Below, in pieces: positions 1 to 12,389 of a stretch of DNA of 46,012 nucleotides. How positions within the stretch are numbered: the first letter of the stretch is position 1; every line of letters begins with the position of its first letter. Source of the stretch: Octopus bimaculoides (Eukaryota); assembly GCF_001194135.2 (NCBI RefSeq), contig NC_068986.1, positions 78,503,031 to 78,549,042 of the forward strand. Direction: 5' to 3'. Position numbers and translations under genes: made by a program. Below the pieces are notes generated by a model that saw only the letters and a program-made list of their open reading frames with translations, made no database searches and was not told the DNA's origin.

Positions 1-182
1 TCATCATCGTCATCAAAATCCTAACTACCACCACTACCACCACCATCACCACCACCACCACCACCACTGCCACCACCGCCATCATCACCATCACCATTAT
101 CATTATCAACATCATGATCAATAAATGCCATCACCGTGATCAATATCACGACGTCGACGACGACCACCACCACCACAACTAC

Positions 183-241
<59 letters not shown>

Positions 242-365
242 CCATCACCATTATCATCAACATCATGATGAATAAATGCCATCATCGTCATCAATATCAC
301 CACCACCACCACCACTATCGTCATCATCATCATCATCATCATCGTCGTCGTCGTCGTCATCGTCA
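1..365. repeat. Compound (CAT/CAC/CGT)n trinucleotide tract with an internal duplication of about 151 bp
   Basis: ATCAACATCATGAT.AATAAATGCCATCA.CGT.ATCAATATCAC at about 105-149 and 256-300. Confidence 0.9.
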
Positions 366-819
366 GCTGCAACAAGTAACGAATGCTAGAAGAGGAATGG
401 TGGTTTTATATAATATAATATAATAAAAGCTATGTTGGCAATCCAGCTACCTTAGCAAGCAGTTAACGTGTTGCCGTAATGGCAGATCTGAGCGAGGTGT
501 CAGCATCAACAGCAGCAGCGACAGCAGCGACACCCGTAAAAAAAAAAAACAGGTACAACAATAACGGCAGACAAACAACAACAACATCAACAACAACATG
601 GACAGCAGCAACTGCAGGGATGACATTAATATCAACAACAATCAGAAAGCGACTACGGAGAGCATCGACAGTATGTTACCAGTAAAGACTTCTTTGTTTG
701 CTAGAAATAGCAGCCAAACTGCCTCAAATCACATTCTGTTATCTTCAATAGAAAGTACACATTGGACAACGCACGGAGTGGCTAACCCACGGTTGAAATT
801 ATTTCTGAGTTTGGTGAAA

Positions 820-1005
820 GGCCAGCAGTTTTGAGGGGAGGGGGTGAGTCGATTATATCGACCTCAGTACTTGACTAGTATATTTGTTTTATTGACTCCG
901 AAAGGGATGAGAGGCACCGTCGACCACGGCGGAATTTGAACTCGGAACGTAAAGAGGCTCCAGAAGAAATGCAGCTATTTTGTCCGACACGCTTAACGGT
1001 TCATC
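820..1005 (-). mobile_element. tRNA-derived SINE family A, degenerate copy
   Basis: Reverse complement of the family A core (GTTCAAATTCCGCC...GTCGAC...CATCC...GTCGATAAA..AGTAC). Confidence 0.7.
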
Positions 1006-1469
1006 CAGATCGGATTGAAATGGCTGTCTTTGATCATAGGCGTGCGCGATCTGGGTTGACCTGGGACCAAACAACACCAACAACAACAACAACAACAACA
1101 ACGTTGATAACAATAAGAACGAGAGTAGCAGGAACAGCAGCAAGCGTAAGAACACATCTAATGTTAACAGAAACTGATGTTTACTGTTCGAATGGTTCTG
1201 GGAATATTTTGGAAAATTTCTTCAACCCCCGGCTTTTTTAAAATTATTTTTACGCAATAATTAGGACGGTTCGAAGAGGCAAGATCGACCCCCACCCCCG
1301 CAAAAGATCCGAAACAGCGACGACAATTATAATAATAACAACGACAGTAGTATTAAAAAGTACTTAAGTTATAATAATTATAATCAGCTAGTTACAATAT
1401 CAGAAACAATAACAACTACAACAACAGTAATATTAACGTGTACAATTAGCAACATGAATTATAAAGAGA

Positions 1470-1850
1470 GACAAAGTACAACAGCTGTCGTAACAGTAAC
1501 GACAATAGCAACAGACGGTGATATCAACAACAGCGGCAACAGCAGCAGTGGTAACAGCAGCAGCAGCAGCAGCAACAGCAACAGCAGCAGTAACATTGGT
1601 TGACAAAGGTAGCAATGATGTTGGCAGGTGATAACAACAATGGCGGCGTTGGCGATATTGTCAGCCAAAGTGATTGCAACTACTGAAGCGAAGATATTAT
1701 TAGTGATGGGGGTGTAGTGCTAGTGGCGCTTCATGGTGGTGGCAATGATTATGATGGTGACGACGACGATGATGATGATGATGATGACGGTGAGGTAGAC
1801 GAGGAGAAAGAAGGAAGAGGAGGGAGACGACGACGATGATGAGGGGGGTC
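1470..1850. repeat. Degenerate (CAG/CAA/GAT/GAC)n trinucleotide region
   Basis: Direct inspection. Confidence 0.8.
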
Positions 1851-2267
1851 TATGCTAAGTAGAGACGACTTAGAAGAGAAAGAAATAACGAAGAAAAACG
1901 GTAGTGAAGGAGATGGAGGTTAATTAGGGTGGTGGTATGAGGAATTGGAGGAGAGAAGGGAGAATGGAAGAAGGGGGAAAAAGACAGAGAGAGAGAGAGA
2001 GGGGGGAGACTGAGTTATAAGGAAGACATCTTTGCATACATGCAACATGTAATATAGTTTTACTCCAGATGAGAAATGAAACTTCTTTCAAGCGTTTGTA
2101 CTGTACTGGATCAATAAATAATATACGCTGTGTCTTTCCTATCGAGTATTTTGTGTCACACTTCAGCGTGAGACTGACGTCTGCTTGTCATGTAGCAACA
2201 GTTTTAATGGCTAAGCAGACGACAAGTTGTATGCATTTTTATGTATTTGTGTGGGTGTATTTGTTAT

Positions 2268-2341
2268 TGTGTGTGTGTATGTGAGTATGTCTGAGTGTGT
2301 GTATATGTGTGTGCGTGCATGTGTGTGTGTGTGTGTGTGTT

Positions 2342-2379
<38 letters not shown>

Positions 2380-2392
2380 CGTGTGTGTGCGT
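2268..2392. repeat. (TG)n microsatellite
   Basis: Direct inspection. Similar (CA/TG)n tracts at about 8235-8305, 14518-14580, 15135-15225, 35605-35680 and 43745-43780. Confidence 0.95.
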
Positions 2393-3244
2393 GTCATGAT
2401 TTTCTGATAGTAAATGTGTTTGTCAGAACACATGTACGTAAACGGATTTGTTTATATGAATGAATGGAAAAATATTTATGAAGATGTATATTAAAATATA
2501 ACTACCTACGTACGCATATGTGTGTAAGCATGTCTATACGTGTGTAAGCTTGTCTGTCAATGTGTGTCTATGCATGGACATGTGAGAGAAAACATGAAAG
2601 TCAACGACTATGAAGATATATCAGTATACGTAAGCGTGTCATGGTGTTTGTATTGGCATATGTATGTGTGCATGTATTGTCTACTTCACACACGGACGCA
2701 CGCACACACACACACACATACACACTCACACACACGCACAGAAACGTCGACAGGGTTACTCTTATACAAACAGTTACAAACTCATGTTTATATGTATACG
2801 TTCAAATACATATACATATTTGTACGTAGAATGGGTGAGTATATTTAGAGCTGCACATGGAAATGTATGCAAATATCAACGCTTGTGCATTCATGCATGT
2901 GCGCAAAGGCTTTCTTTAGGAAACGTTTGATAGTTTGACTGCAAACGAGTGTGAATGATATATTAATGTGTACATATAAAAATTCATGTGCACGAGCATA
3001 AGTTTAAGTGTGCATATGCATACAAAAGAACTGATATTTGCTCATGCACGCTTATGAATGTATGAATATTTGCACTGCCCATAGAAAGATAGTCGCTAAT
3101 TTTCAGGTACAAGTATCATCTTAGAAGGAAGGTTCAACAAAATTCCAATTGGTTGAGTACATCTTTAAACGACTGATTTTGATTGGAATATGGATTTGTG
3201 TTTTAGGCACAATGCCAGTCGTCTTTAGGAGAAGAATAAATTGA

Positions 3245-3535
3245 TAGCATGTTCTCGAATACTTAACTCCGATAAGACGATAAGCAAAACTGACTTCGAC
3301 GCGACTTGAACTCAGAACATAGAAAGTTGGAACAAATGGTACGAAGCATGTTTTTCCCGATGCTTTTGGTACAAGGACAGATATTTCGGAGGAGTGTGGT
3401 AGTTATTTTGTCAACGCTGAAAGGATGAAAGGCAAACTCGAGCTCGGCGGCATTTGAACTCAGAATGTAAAGACGGACGAAATGTCGTTAAGCCTTTTAT
3501 CCGGCATGCTAACAGTTCTGACAACCCGCCGCCTT
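3245..3535 (-). mobile_element. Two adjacent family A SINE copies (one partial)
   Basis: Two TTGAACTCAGAA (B-box reverse complement) blocks at about 3307 and 3454; head CGCCGCCTT at about 3527-3535. Confidence 0.7.
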
Positions 3536-3554
3536 GCATTAGGATAAATATTAA

Positions 3555-3771
3555 CCCTTTGCCTGTCCTGTTTATCATATTTCCCGGGTGACCTTACATC
3601 ATACATGATACACAATCCCAATTTTTTTTTCAGCCATTAGAGTATCTTGATATTTGTGAAAGGAAAACTTTATATCACTTACGAAATATGATCCAAAGGT
3701 TAACTAAAAATCTGAAAACAAGCATGAACGTTTAGGACAAACTTATGAAAAGGATTTGGACTGGTAAAGGG
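3555..3771. mobile_element. piggyBac-type MITE
   Basis: TTAA|CCCTTTGCCTGTCC ... GGACTGGTAAAGGG|TTAA: TTAA target duplication, 14-bp TIR with 2 mismatches, CCC termini. Confidence 0.75.
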
Positions 3772-3853
3772 TTAAACAAACAAACAAAACAAGCTGCGGA
3801 TTGTGATTGCATTTATATTGGTCTGTGTTTATGTTAATATGATAAGAACTCAT

Positions 3854-4065
3854 AAGGCGGTGAGCTGACAGAATCGTTAGCACGCCAGACGACATGCTTA
3901 ACAACATTTCGTCCGTCTTCACGTTCTGAGTTCAAATTACGCCGAGGTCGATTTTGCCTTTCATTCCTTCGGGGTCGATAAAGTAAGTACCAGCTGAGTA
4001 CTGGAGTCGATGGAATCAACTTAACCCGTCCCGAAATTGCTGGCCTTGTGCCAAAATTTGAAATC
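3854..4065 (+). mobile_element. Family A SINE, full length
   Basis: AAGGCGGTGAGCTGACAGAATCGTTAGC head and GAGTTCAAATT B-box. Approximate 15-bp TSD: AATATGATAAGAACT (3836) / AATATGTTATGAGCT (4066). Confidence 0.85.
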
Positions 4066-4109
4066 AATATGTTATGAGCTGTGTGTATTTACAACAGTGA
4101 ATTCAGATA

Positions 4110-5070
4110 TGGCTAAGAAGCGTTTTTTATGAATCACCCATGAAGGCCTGGGTTCAATCCCAGTGCATGGCACTTTAAGCAAGTACATTTATTATAGACT
4201 CGGGTTGAGCTAAGCTTTATATCGACTGTATCTGCAATTCAAAGATCTAGTTGTGTCACATACAGTGTCACGTTCATTTTAAGTGACAATTGTGTTAATA
4301 ATACACGTGTCTTAAGGCGGTGAGCTGGCAGAAACGTTAGCACGCCGGGCAAAATGCTTAGCGGTATTTCGTCTGCCGTTACGTTCTGGGTTCAAATTCC
4401 GCCGAGGTTGACTTTGCCTTTCATTCTTTCGGGGTCGATAAATTAAGTAACATTTACACGCTGGGGTCGATGTAATCAACTTAATCCCTTTGTCTGTCCT
4501 CTATGTTTAGTCCCTCGTGAGCAATAAAGAAATAAGAAACGTTAGCACGCCAAGCGAAATACATAACGGTATTTCGTCTGTTTTTACGTTCTGAGTTCAA
4601 ATTCCGCCGAGGTCGACTTTGCCTTTCATCTTTTCGGGGTCGATAAATTAAGTACCAGTTGCATACTGAGATCGATCTAATCGACTGCCCCCCCCCTCCC
4701 CAAAAATTTCGGGCCTTGTGCCAAGAGTAGAAAAGAATTATACACGCGTCTTTAAGGAGCAAGTTGGCAGAAACATTAGCACGTCGGGCGAAATGCATAA
4801 CGGTATTTCGTTTGGTTTTACGTTCTAAGTTCAAATTTCGCCGAGGTCGGCTTTGCTTTTCATCTTTTCGGGGTCGATAAATTAAGTACCAGTTGCGCAC
4901 TGGGGTCGATCTAATCGACTGGCTCCCTCCCCAAAAGTTTCGGGTCTTGTGCCTAGAGTAGAAAAGAATTATACACGCCTCTTTTGAATACTCAGCCACT
5001 TCACACTTTAATTCGATGACCAAACACCTGGACGCCCATACGTTGAAATCAACGCCAGAGTCCATCGCTT
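4110..5070 (+). mobile_element. Old chimeric SINE (family B-type head, family C-type tail) split by the 4314-4984 array
   Basis: Head GGTTCAATCCCAGTGCATGGCACTTTAAGCAAG. Tail CTGCAATTCAAAG..GTCACA..GTGTCACG..ATACACGTGTCT resumes as GAATACTCAGCCACTTCACAC at about 4986. Confidence 0.6.
4314..4970 (+). mobile_element. Head-to-tail array of three family A SINE monomers
   Basis: Three near-identical cores starting at about 4314, 4536 and 4754. The first has the GCAATAAAGAAATAA tail; the second and third have the CCCCAAAA..GTGCC.AGAGTAGAAAAG tail. Confidence 0.88.
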
Positions 5071-5376
5071 AAATGGCTGAATGTCGTCGTTGCTGGTGTT
5101 TAGTCGTAGGTCAGTCTTGAGCCAGCAAATCTGTGATGAATGGTATTGCAGCTGACAATCAATCTGTCATTTATTTAGACATAGCATTACATTATTGAGT
5201 ATGATCTTTTTCTTTAATTTAGTTGGGTATTATTAAGGGAGATTTGGCAGCTATTTTTAGCTCCCCAACCGCCCATATAAAGACTTTCGTTGGCTCATCT
5301 AGTGATGGCCTGCTTTGGGGGATATTTAACAATGCTGATGTCAATCGAGGTAGTCGATTGTCATGGTTGATAGTTC

Positions 5377-5690
5377 TGGTACTCCATCGATTACGACGAC
5401 GAGGGTTCCAGTTGATCGGATCAACGGAACAACCTACGCGTGAAATTAACATGCAAATGGCTGAGCGCTCCACAGACACGCATACCCTTAATGCAGTTTT
5501 CAGGGAGATGCAGCGTGACACAGAATGTAACGAGGTCGGCCCTTTGAATTACAGGTACAACTCATCTTTGCTAAATGAATAAAGTGAAAGGATTGAAATA
5601 AAGTGTCTTGCCCAAGGACACAACGTGACGTCGAGAGTCGAACCCACGTCCTTACGATTAGGATACTCTAACCACTAAGCCACGCATCTT
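5377..5690 (-). mobile_element. tRNA-derived SINE with family C 3' module
   Basis: Minus strand: TGGCTTAGTGG A-box, GGGTTCGACTC B-box, GTGTCCTTGGGCAAGACAC, then GTGTCACGCTG..GTGTCTGTGGAGCGCTCAGCC..GTTCCGTTGATCCGATCAACTGGAACCCTCGTCGTCG tail. Confidence 0.8.
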
Positions 5691-6990
5691 CCCAGTTGAT
5701 AATAGTTCTTGAGGATTACTACAGCTGGCTATATTTGATAGGGCCAGCTGGGGTCTCTCCCCACTTTTGCTGATTCTGATGGTAAGAATCAGAATGCTAT
5801 TTGTTGGTTGTTGAATGTTGGTTATAGTATTAATGGTAGTCGTAGTAATAGAGGAAAGAGATGGAGATAAAGTGGGGGTGAGAGGACTATCGTTGACAAT
5901 GATAATGATGGTGTTGAGTACGGTGAGAGTTATGGTAGGAGATAGTAGTGACCGGTGGTAGTTGATAGTAAATAAACGATACAACTTCGTTTCGATTTAT
6001 ATTCCATTATCTCGTAGCAATTTCAAGAGACACTACTCGAGATGTTTCAAGCTGTCTTCCAACCAGTTTGTGTTTCCTTTTCCTTCTAATCAGAGCCTTA
6101 TAAAGAGTTTCTGATTATTGGAAGAATCAATTTGTATAGCGTGTATGTGTAGTGTATGTGTATGTGTATGCTGTGTCGCCAGCACAAGCACCAGTACCAT
6201 TGCCGCCAACAATAACACGCTAGCAGTAGCAGTAGCAGCAGCAGCAGCACCACTACTATCTCAGCCATTGTAGTCACAAGCAACAGCAACTCTATCACCA
6301 CCTAAGCCAGTTCTATCATCCGCAAAATGTCCACCATCATTCGCTATCTTATTTGCACAAGTAAATCTAATAATAAAAATAATATTAGCGATAATGATTA
6401 TGACGGTGATGATTTCTTTCGATATTCAGTCCTCGGACGAGAACAGGTGTTTTCGGTGTGATATGTCCTTGTGGCAAATAAAGAAACTATATCTAATCAA
6501 CGGCTTCTATTCATCACAATAATGATAATAGTATCATCATTATTGCCGTTATTATTGTTATTATGATAATAACCCTCATCATCATTATTGTCAGAATTCT
6601 TATTCTCGAGTGTGTCGTCATCATCACTATCAATGACATCGTCAACGTTTCGATCATTTGTAATATTTTAAAACGATGAAATGAAAGAAACTTCGAGGCA
6701 CTTTCTACTGTCATTTCTGTCTACGAAAAAAATTCAAAGAAGACGAACTTCAAACAGAAACGAACATGAATTTCACAGTAGAAATATTTCCTTTACTTTA
6801 AGATTCTGAAACCCTTAAAGCAGTGACATAATTTGCCTGAAGCTAAGCAATAACTGATTTTTAGAAGTACTCAGGGAATCTTTTCCAAGCAAACTGTTTG
6901 TTAAAAGCTCGTTTTACTAATAACGTAAATGAGAAATTCAGACATCTTTTGCGAGACGCTTTTCGTCTCAATCGAGCAAGATGTCGCATA

Positions 6991-7030
6991 ATATATTACA
7001 AAATATATTACAAAATATATTACAAAATAC
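6991..7030. repeat. 12-bp tandem repeat (ATATATTACAAA)x3
   Basis: Direct inspection. Confidence 0.85.
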
Positions 7031-8356
7031 ACATAACAATAACACTTTAAAGAATGCATTATCGTTTCTTGTTTTGTGAGGTCAAATAACCAAATACGGA
7101 GCCTTTGAATTCTCTTAAGCCATAATTATTTATGCTGATTGTTTTGCACCAACTTTAAAATTAGTCCCTTCGTTTAACATGTCTCATGTTTTGAAGACTG
7201 CATTTCTAGTCAATGCTGATTGGATGTTCCGAATTGTTTTACTAAGGTGACTGTCTTTTCTCATACGTGCCGGTAATGACAGTATTCAAAAAGATACTCG
7301 AATCAACAACCAGAGAAAAGTTGTAACTAGATCTTTATCAAACTCCATGCTTTTATCTTCAATGAAGAAACACACATTACTGCTCGTAGTCTCTGCTTTG
7401 GTAGAGATTACATAGACAGAGCGGTGTAGCATAAAATAAGCGGGATGTGCAGACCGCACAAGGTGGCTACATTATACATATACATACATATACCACACAG
7501 GGCGGTCAGAACCCACACTACACCATTGCATAGACGGGAGGGTGATGCCTTTGATAAGAGGTCTACTTAATCAGGACTTACTTAGGATTAAAGCACAAAA
7601 AGCAGCAGCAACAAGAAATGCAACATCAATATGTAGACAATCTAATCAAAATATGTACTAAACATCATAAATGTCATATCTAAAGAGAAGGCAGTATATC
7701 TTAAATATGGAAAGTATGGAAAGACAACGTTAATGACAAATTAAGATACGTTTCACAAGAAAGTGAAATATATTTTAATTTGGAAGGACAACGTAAATGA
7801 GAAACGAAGACAACATTGCAAGAGAGGTAATTATATTTTAAATAGTGTATAGGAGAAACGAAATGAGAAAAGAAGAGATTTTAGTGAGATGCTATTCGCA
7901 TTGAGACAAAACATCGCACGATCTTGTAAAAGATGCATAACACTTTACAACAGACATTATTCTTTATTGCTTAAGCTCAAATCACCCAACAATGAGATTT
8001 TGGATTTTCATAAGCCATATTTATTTCTGCAATTTTCTTTTGTGTCTACTTTTAACTACTTTTAAAAAGAAACGTTGTGTTAAAAGAGAAAATAAGAAAC
8101 TAAAACAACTATTTTAGATATGGGACAACGACAGAATCTGTATGTGATGGTAGAACTGGTAGAAATAACAAAATAACAGCCAAATCTCTCTCTAAACATG
8201 CCCGACTGATTAAAAATGAGAGGGATACGTTGAATACACACACACACACACTCACGCATACACATACACACACAAACACATACACACACAAACACATACA
8301 CACACATATGTATATGTATATATATGCATAATATGTATGTGTGTGTATATATATAT

Positions 8357-8750
8357 TACTCTTTTACTTGTTTCAGTCTTTTGACTGTGGCCATGCTGGA
8401 GCACCACCTTTAGTCGAGCAAATCGACCCCAGGACTTATTCTTTGGAAACCTAGTACTTATTCTATCGGTCTCTTTTGCTGAACCGCTAAGTTACGGGGA
8501 CATGAACACACCAGCATCGGTTGTCAAGCGATGTTGGGGGACAAACACAGACATACAAACACATACACACACACATATATATATATATACATATATACGA
8601 CAGGCTTCTTTCAGTTTCCGTCTACCAAATCCACTCACAAGGCTTTGGTCGGCCCGAGGCTATAGTAGAAGACACTTGCCCAAGATGCCACGCAGTGGGA
8701 CTGAACCCGGGACCATGTGGTTGGTAAGCAAGCTACTTACCACACAGCCA
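8357..8750 (-). mobile_element. tRNA-derived SINE family B (CORE-like centre), well preserved, head abuts gap
   Basis: Minus strand: TGGCTGTGTGG A-box, GGGTTCAGTCCC B-box, GGCATCTTGGGCAAGTGTCTTCTACTATAGCC, internal (TA/CA)n, GAAACAAGTAAAAGAG tail. Confidence 0.85.
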
Positions 8751-9799
8751 NNNNNNNNNNNNNNNNNNNNNNNNNNNNNNNNNNNNNNNNNNNNNNNNNN
8801 NNNNNNNNNNNNNNNNNNNNNNNNNNNNNNNNNNNNNNNNNNNNNNNNNNNNNNNNNNNNNNNNNNNNNNNNNNNNNNNNNNNNNNNNNNNNNNNNNNNN
8901 NNNNNNNNNNNNNNNNNNNNNNNNNNNNNNNNNNNNNNNNNNNNNNNNNNNNNNNNNNNNNNNNNNNNNNNNNNNNNNNNNNNNNNNNNNNNNNNNNNNN
9001 NNNNNNNNNNNNNNNNNNNNNNNNNNNNNNNNNNNNNNNNNNNNNNNNNNNNNNNNNNNNNNNNNNNNNNNNNNNNNNNNNNNNNNNNNNNNNNNNNNNN
9101 NNATATACATATATGTATATATATATATGTATATATGTATATGTATATATGTATACATGTATATATATGTATACAAATATGTATATATATACATATAAGT
9201 ACGTTTGTGTGTGTATGAATATATGTATATATGTATGTATGTATGCATATATTATGCATGTATGTATGTAGATTCATGATATATTACGTATCAAAAATTA
9301 TTAGATAGTGGCGTATGTAATGCCTTTAAATAGTTCTGCTCGTTTAGGGTTACCCTGGGCTAAACAAATAAACAGTTGCCGCGACGGCAAAGACGACAGC
9401 AATAACAATAACTTAACTAATTATAAATTAGGACACCAGGAATATTTTGAGCGAACTATGATTTAATGACGATTTAAAATGCTCCAAACATTTGAATGTT
9501 ATACAGAATATGAAATACCGTCACAGCTTCTCAGTTTGTACTCCATAGTAGTGTTAGACTTTATGCTTATGTTAGAAACCAAGATTTAAAACACGAGTCA
9601 CCATAAATTTCTCTAAGAAATAGGAGCCAATCACACCATATTGTCATAAACAAAAAGACAAATAAAGAAATGTAGTCCTGGTTACTTCTGAAATTAAGAA
9701 AAGGGATGGTCTCAGCCGCATCACTTTGACCATCGGTCTACGTAATCAGAGGTGACCAAAATTTAAACAGTAATGGCTTATTAAACAACAATATCTTAA

Positions 9800-10018
9800 C
9801 CTTTAGCATTTAAATCACCCATATTTGGCCCAAATATTCTACCGATTTTATGTTCGAACAAGCCAGATCCAGCTTCTCACACCTACCCTGCAATCTCATT
9901 CTAAAAATAAACAATCACATCTTTGAAATCTCGAAACTTCCAGATAATGCATGATAAATTCAAAACAATGTGAATAAATAAACATTGCATTTGACAGAGT
10001 AATCTTTATGCTAAAGGG
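9800..10018. mobile_element. piggyBac-type MITE (second family, different interior)
   Basis: TTAA|CCTTTAGCAT ... ATGCTAAAGGG|TTAA (TTAA at 9796-9799 and 10019-10022). Confidence 0.75.
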
Positions 10019-10040
10019 TTAACCATCATCAGCGTATACT

Positions 10041-10253
10041 GGTTTCAAATTTTGACACAAGGTCAGCAATTACGGGGAAGGGGTGAAGTAGATTACACCG
10101 ACCCCCAGTGTTCACCTGGTACATATTTTATCGACTTCCAAAAGATGAAAAGCAAAGTCGACTTCGGTGGAATTTGAACTCAGAACGTAAAAATGGACAA
10201 AATGCTGCTAAGTATTTTATCCGGTGTGCTAACGATTTTGCCAGCTCGCCGCC
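10041..10253 (-). mobile_element. Family A SINE (left arm of fold-back pair)
   Basis: Full-length reverse copy ending GCCAGCTCGCCGCC at 10253. Confidence 0.85.
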
Positions 10254-10287
10254 ATATCATCACAGCATTATTACGGGCACATGATAT

Positions 10288-10500
10288 GGCGCCGATCTGG
10301 TAGGATTGTTAGCACGCCAGGCAAAATGCATAGCGGCTTTTCGTCCGTTGTTACGCTCTGAGTTCAAATTCCGCCGACGTCGGCTTTACCTTTTATCATT
10401 TTGGAGTCGATAAAATAAGTACAAGTGGAGCACTGTGGTCGATGTATTCGATTTTCCCCAACACCCGAAGTAGCTGGCCTTCTGCCAAAATTTGAAACAA
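10288..10500 (+). mobile_element. Family A SINE (right arm of fold-back pair) with 16-bp TSD
   Basis: Full-length forward copy. TSD TTACGGGCACATGATA (10271-10286) / TTATCGGCACATGATA (10504-10519). Confidence 0.85.
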
Positions 10501-10594
10501 ATTTTATCGGCACATGATAGTAAATTAAACATGTCATAGCAACTATTAAACGATTTTCCTTTTGTATCTATGGAAGTATTGGATGAAATTTGTA

Positions 10595-10890
10595 TACTCT
10601 TTTACTCTTTTACTTGTTTCAGTCATTTGACCGCGGCCATACTGGAGCTTTTAGTCGAATGAATCGACCTCAGGACTAATTGTTTGTTAGCTTAGTACTT
10701 ATTCTATCGGTTCTTTTTGCCGAACCATTAAGTTACGAGGACATAAACACACCCACATCGATTGTCAAGCGATGGTNNNNNNNNNNCCGAGGCTATAGTA
10801 GAAGACTCTTGCCCAACTTGCCACGCAGTGGAACTGAACCCGGAACCATGTGGTTGGGAAGCAAGCTTGTTATTCCACAGCCACTCCTGC
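10595..10890 (-). mobile_element. Family B SINE; its middle is replaced by a 10-N gap
   Basis: Colinear with 8357-8750 on both sides of N 10777-10786. Confidence 0.85.
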
Positions 10891-11780
10891 GGCTATGTTT
10901 GAGAATATTCTATCAACCACAGCAAAAAACTGTACACCTGTATAAAATGGTATGTAAGTCTGTTTTCTATGCAAACATTTCTAAGTTAAACGATACAAAG
11001 GGCACACACATATATAACCACACAAATACTCGCGCACGGACAACACTTTCTATATACACATACACTTGCGTCAACATATGTCCATAGATCCAATGCCAGA
11101 AGTAGCAAAACTACTAGAAATAACTGCCTAAAAAGGAAAGCCTTGATTTAGTAAATGAATCTTTTTTTTAAACCACTCTTTACTACACTTTGAAACAACA
11201 ACAAAGCAGCAGTAACACAACTCATTGAATAATATTGACCTATTACTGAAAATAACACGGGATGGTTATGGCTTTGAGCGCATGTCTACACAATCATGGA
11301 CGCCTTCTTGGGGCTAAATGACAACAACGGCATACACAGGCATATATAAAACGTCTAAACCATTTGCATTTCGTTTTCTGTTGCTTCTTTCTTTCTTTCT
11401 TTCTTTCTTCTCTTTCATTCTCATCTTCATTCACTCCCATTCCTTATGTACATCATACTTTATCTCTTAACCATTCATTCTGTATGCCAGTCATTTTATT
11501 TTTAGTTGGTATAAAATATTTTTCAAATGTACTTTTGTGCGAAGATGAACTGGAGAAAACGTTACCTTCTTATCTTTATTGTAGTTTTCCATTGAGTTTA
11601 CGAAAGCTTTTCTATATTCCCAAGTATTAAAAGAGAAAATCAAAAATACACATACGCATTTACACACATGCGCACATACAAACACACACATGCACATTTA
11701 CACAAGCACGTATATATACACGCATATAGTTATACATGTATGTAAACATATATGCTCACGTGCACATGTACACATATATG

Positions 11781-11818
<38 letters not shown>

Positions 11819-12352
11819 TATATAAATGTATACATATATATTATTTGTGTGTGTGTTTGTCTGACTGCATGATTGAACGTACATACAGATATAAATAACA
11901 ATAAATTCTTGATTTATTAAAATTATATCCGCTTCTAGAGGATGTCTCCAAATTACACATGGCAATTAATATTCGTATGAGAAAGGGAAGATAATCTTAA
12001 GACACGAGATTTGTCCAAATTTGATATGAATTTAACTGGTTCATTGTCTCGAGATAAGAGGACAGTCATGAACAAATATTTCTACCTCAACAGGCATCAT
12101 CAGAACTACAATTACACACACACACACACATACATAGACACATACATACATACATACATACATACATACATACACACTCATACATACATGCATGCGTACA
12201 TTTAATCGGTGGCATAGACAGGGTTCTAGTGCTTGACGTCAAAGGTACTTTTGGCATCCACCATCTTAAGAAGCCGGCATGATTGGCTAGCTAAATTTCT
12301 GAACCCTCTCACATTTGTATCCGGGGGACAGACTACCTCCAATTTACTACGT

Positions 12353-12389
<37 letters not shown>

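Noticed and set aside
479-834. ORFs MADLSEVS... and MDSSNCRD...
   Set aside because: Trinucleotide-derived low complexity running into a dispersed repeat; no splice or homology support.
4314-4984. Regularly spaced repeats resembling a CRISPR array
   Set aside because: Units are SINE monomers of about 220 bp with no unique spacers; eukaryotic context and no cas genes.
4481-5065. 194-aa minus ORF with an internal repeat (RNWYLIYRPRKDE)
   Set aside because: Antisense translation of the tandem SINE array; the same peptide appears wherever family A occurs.
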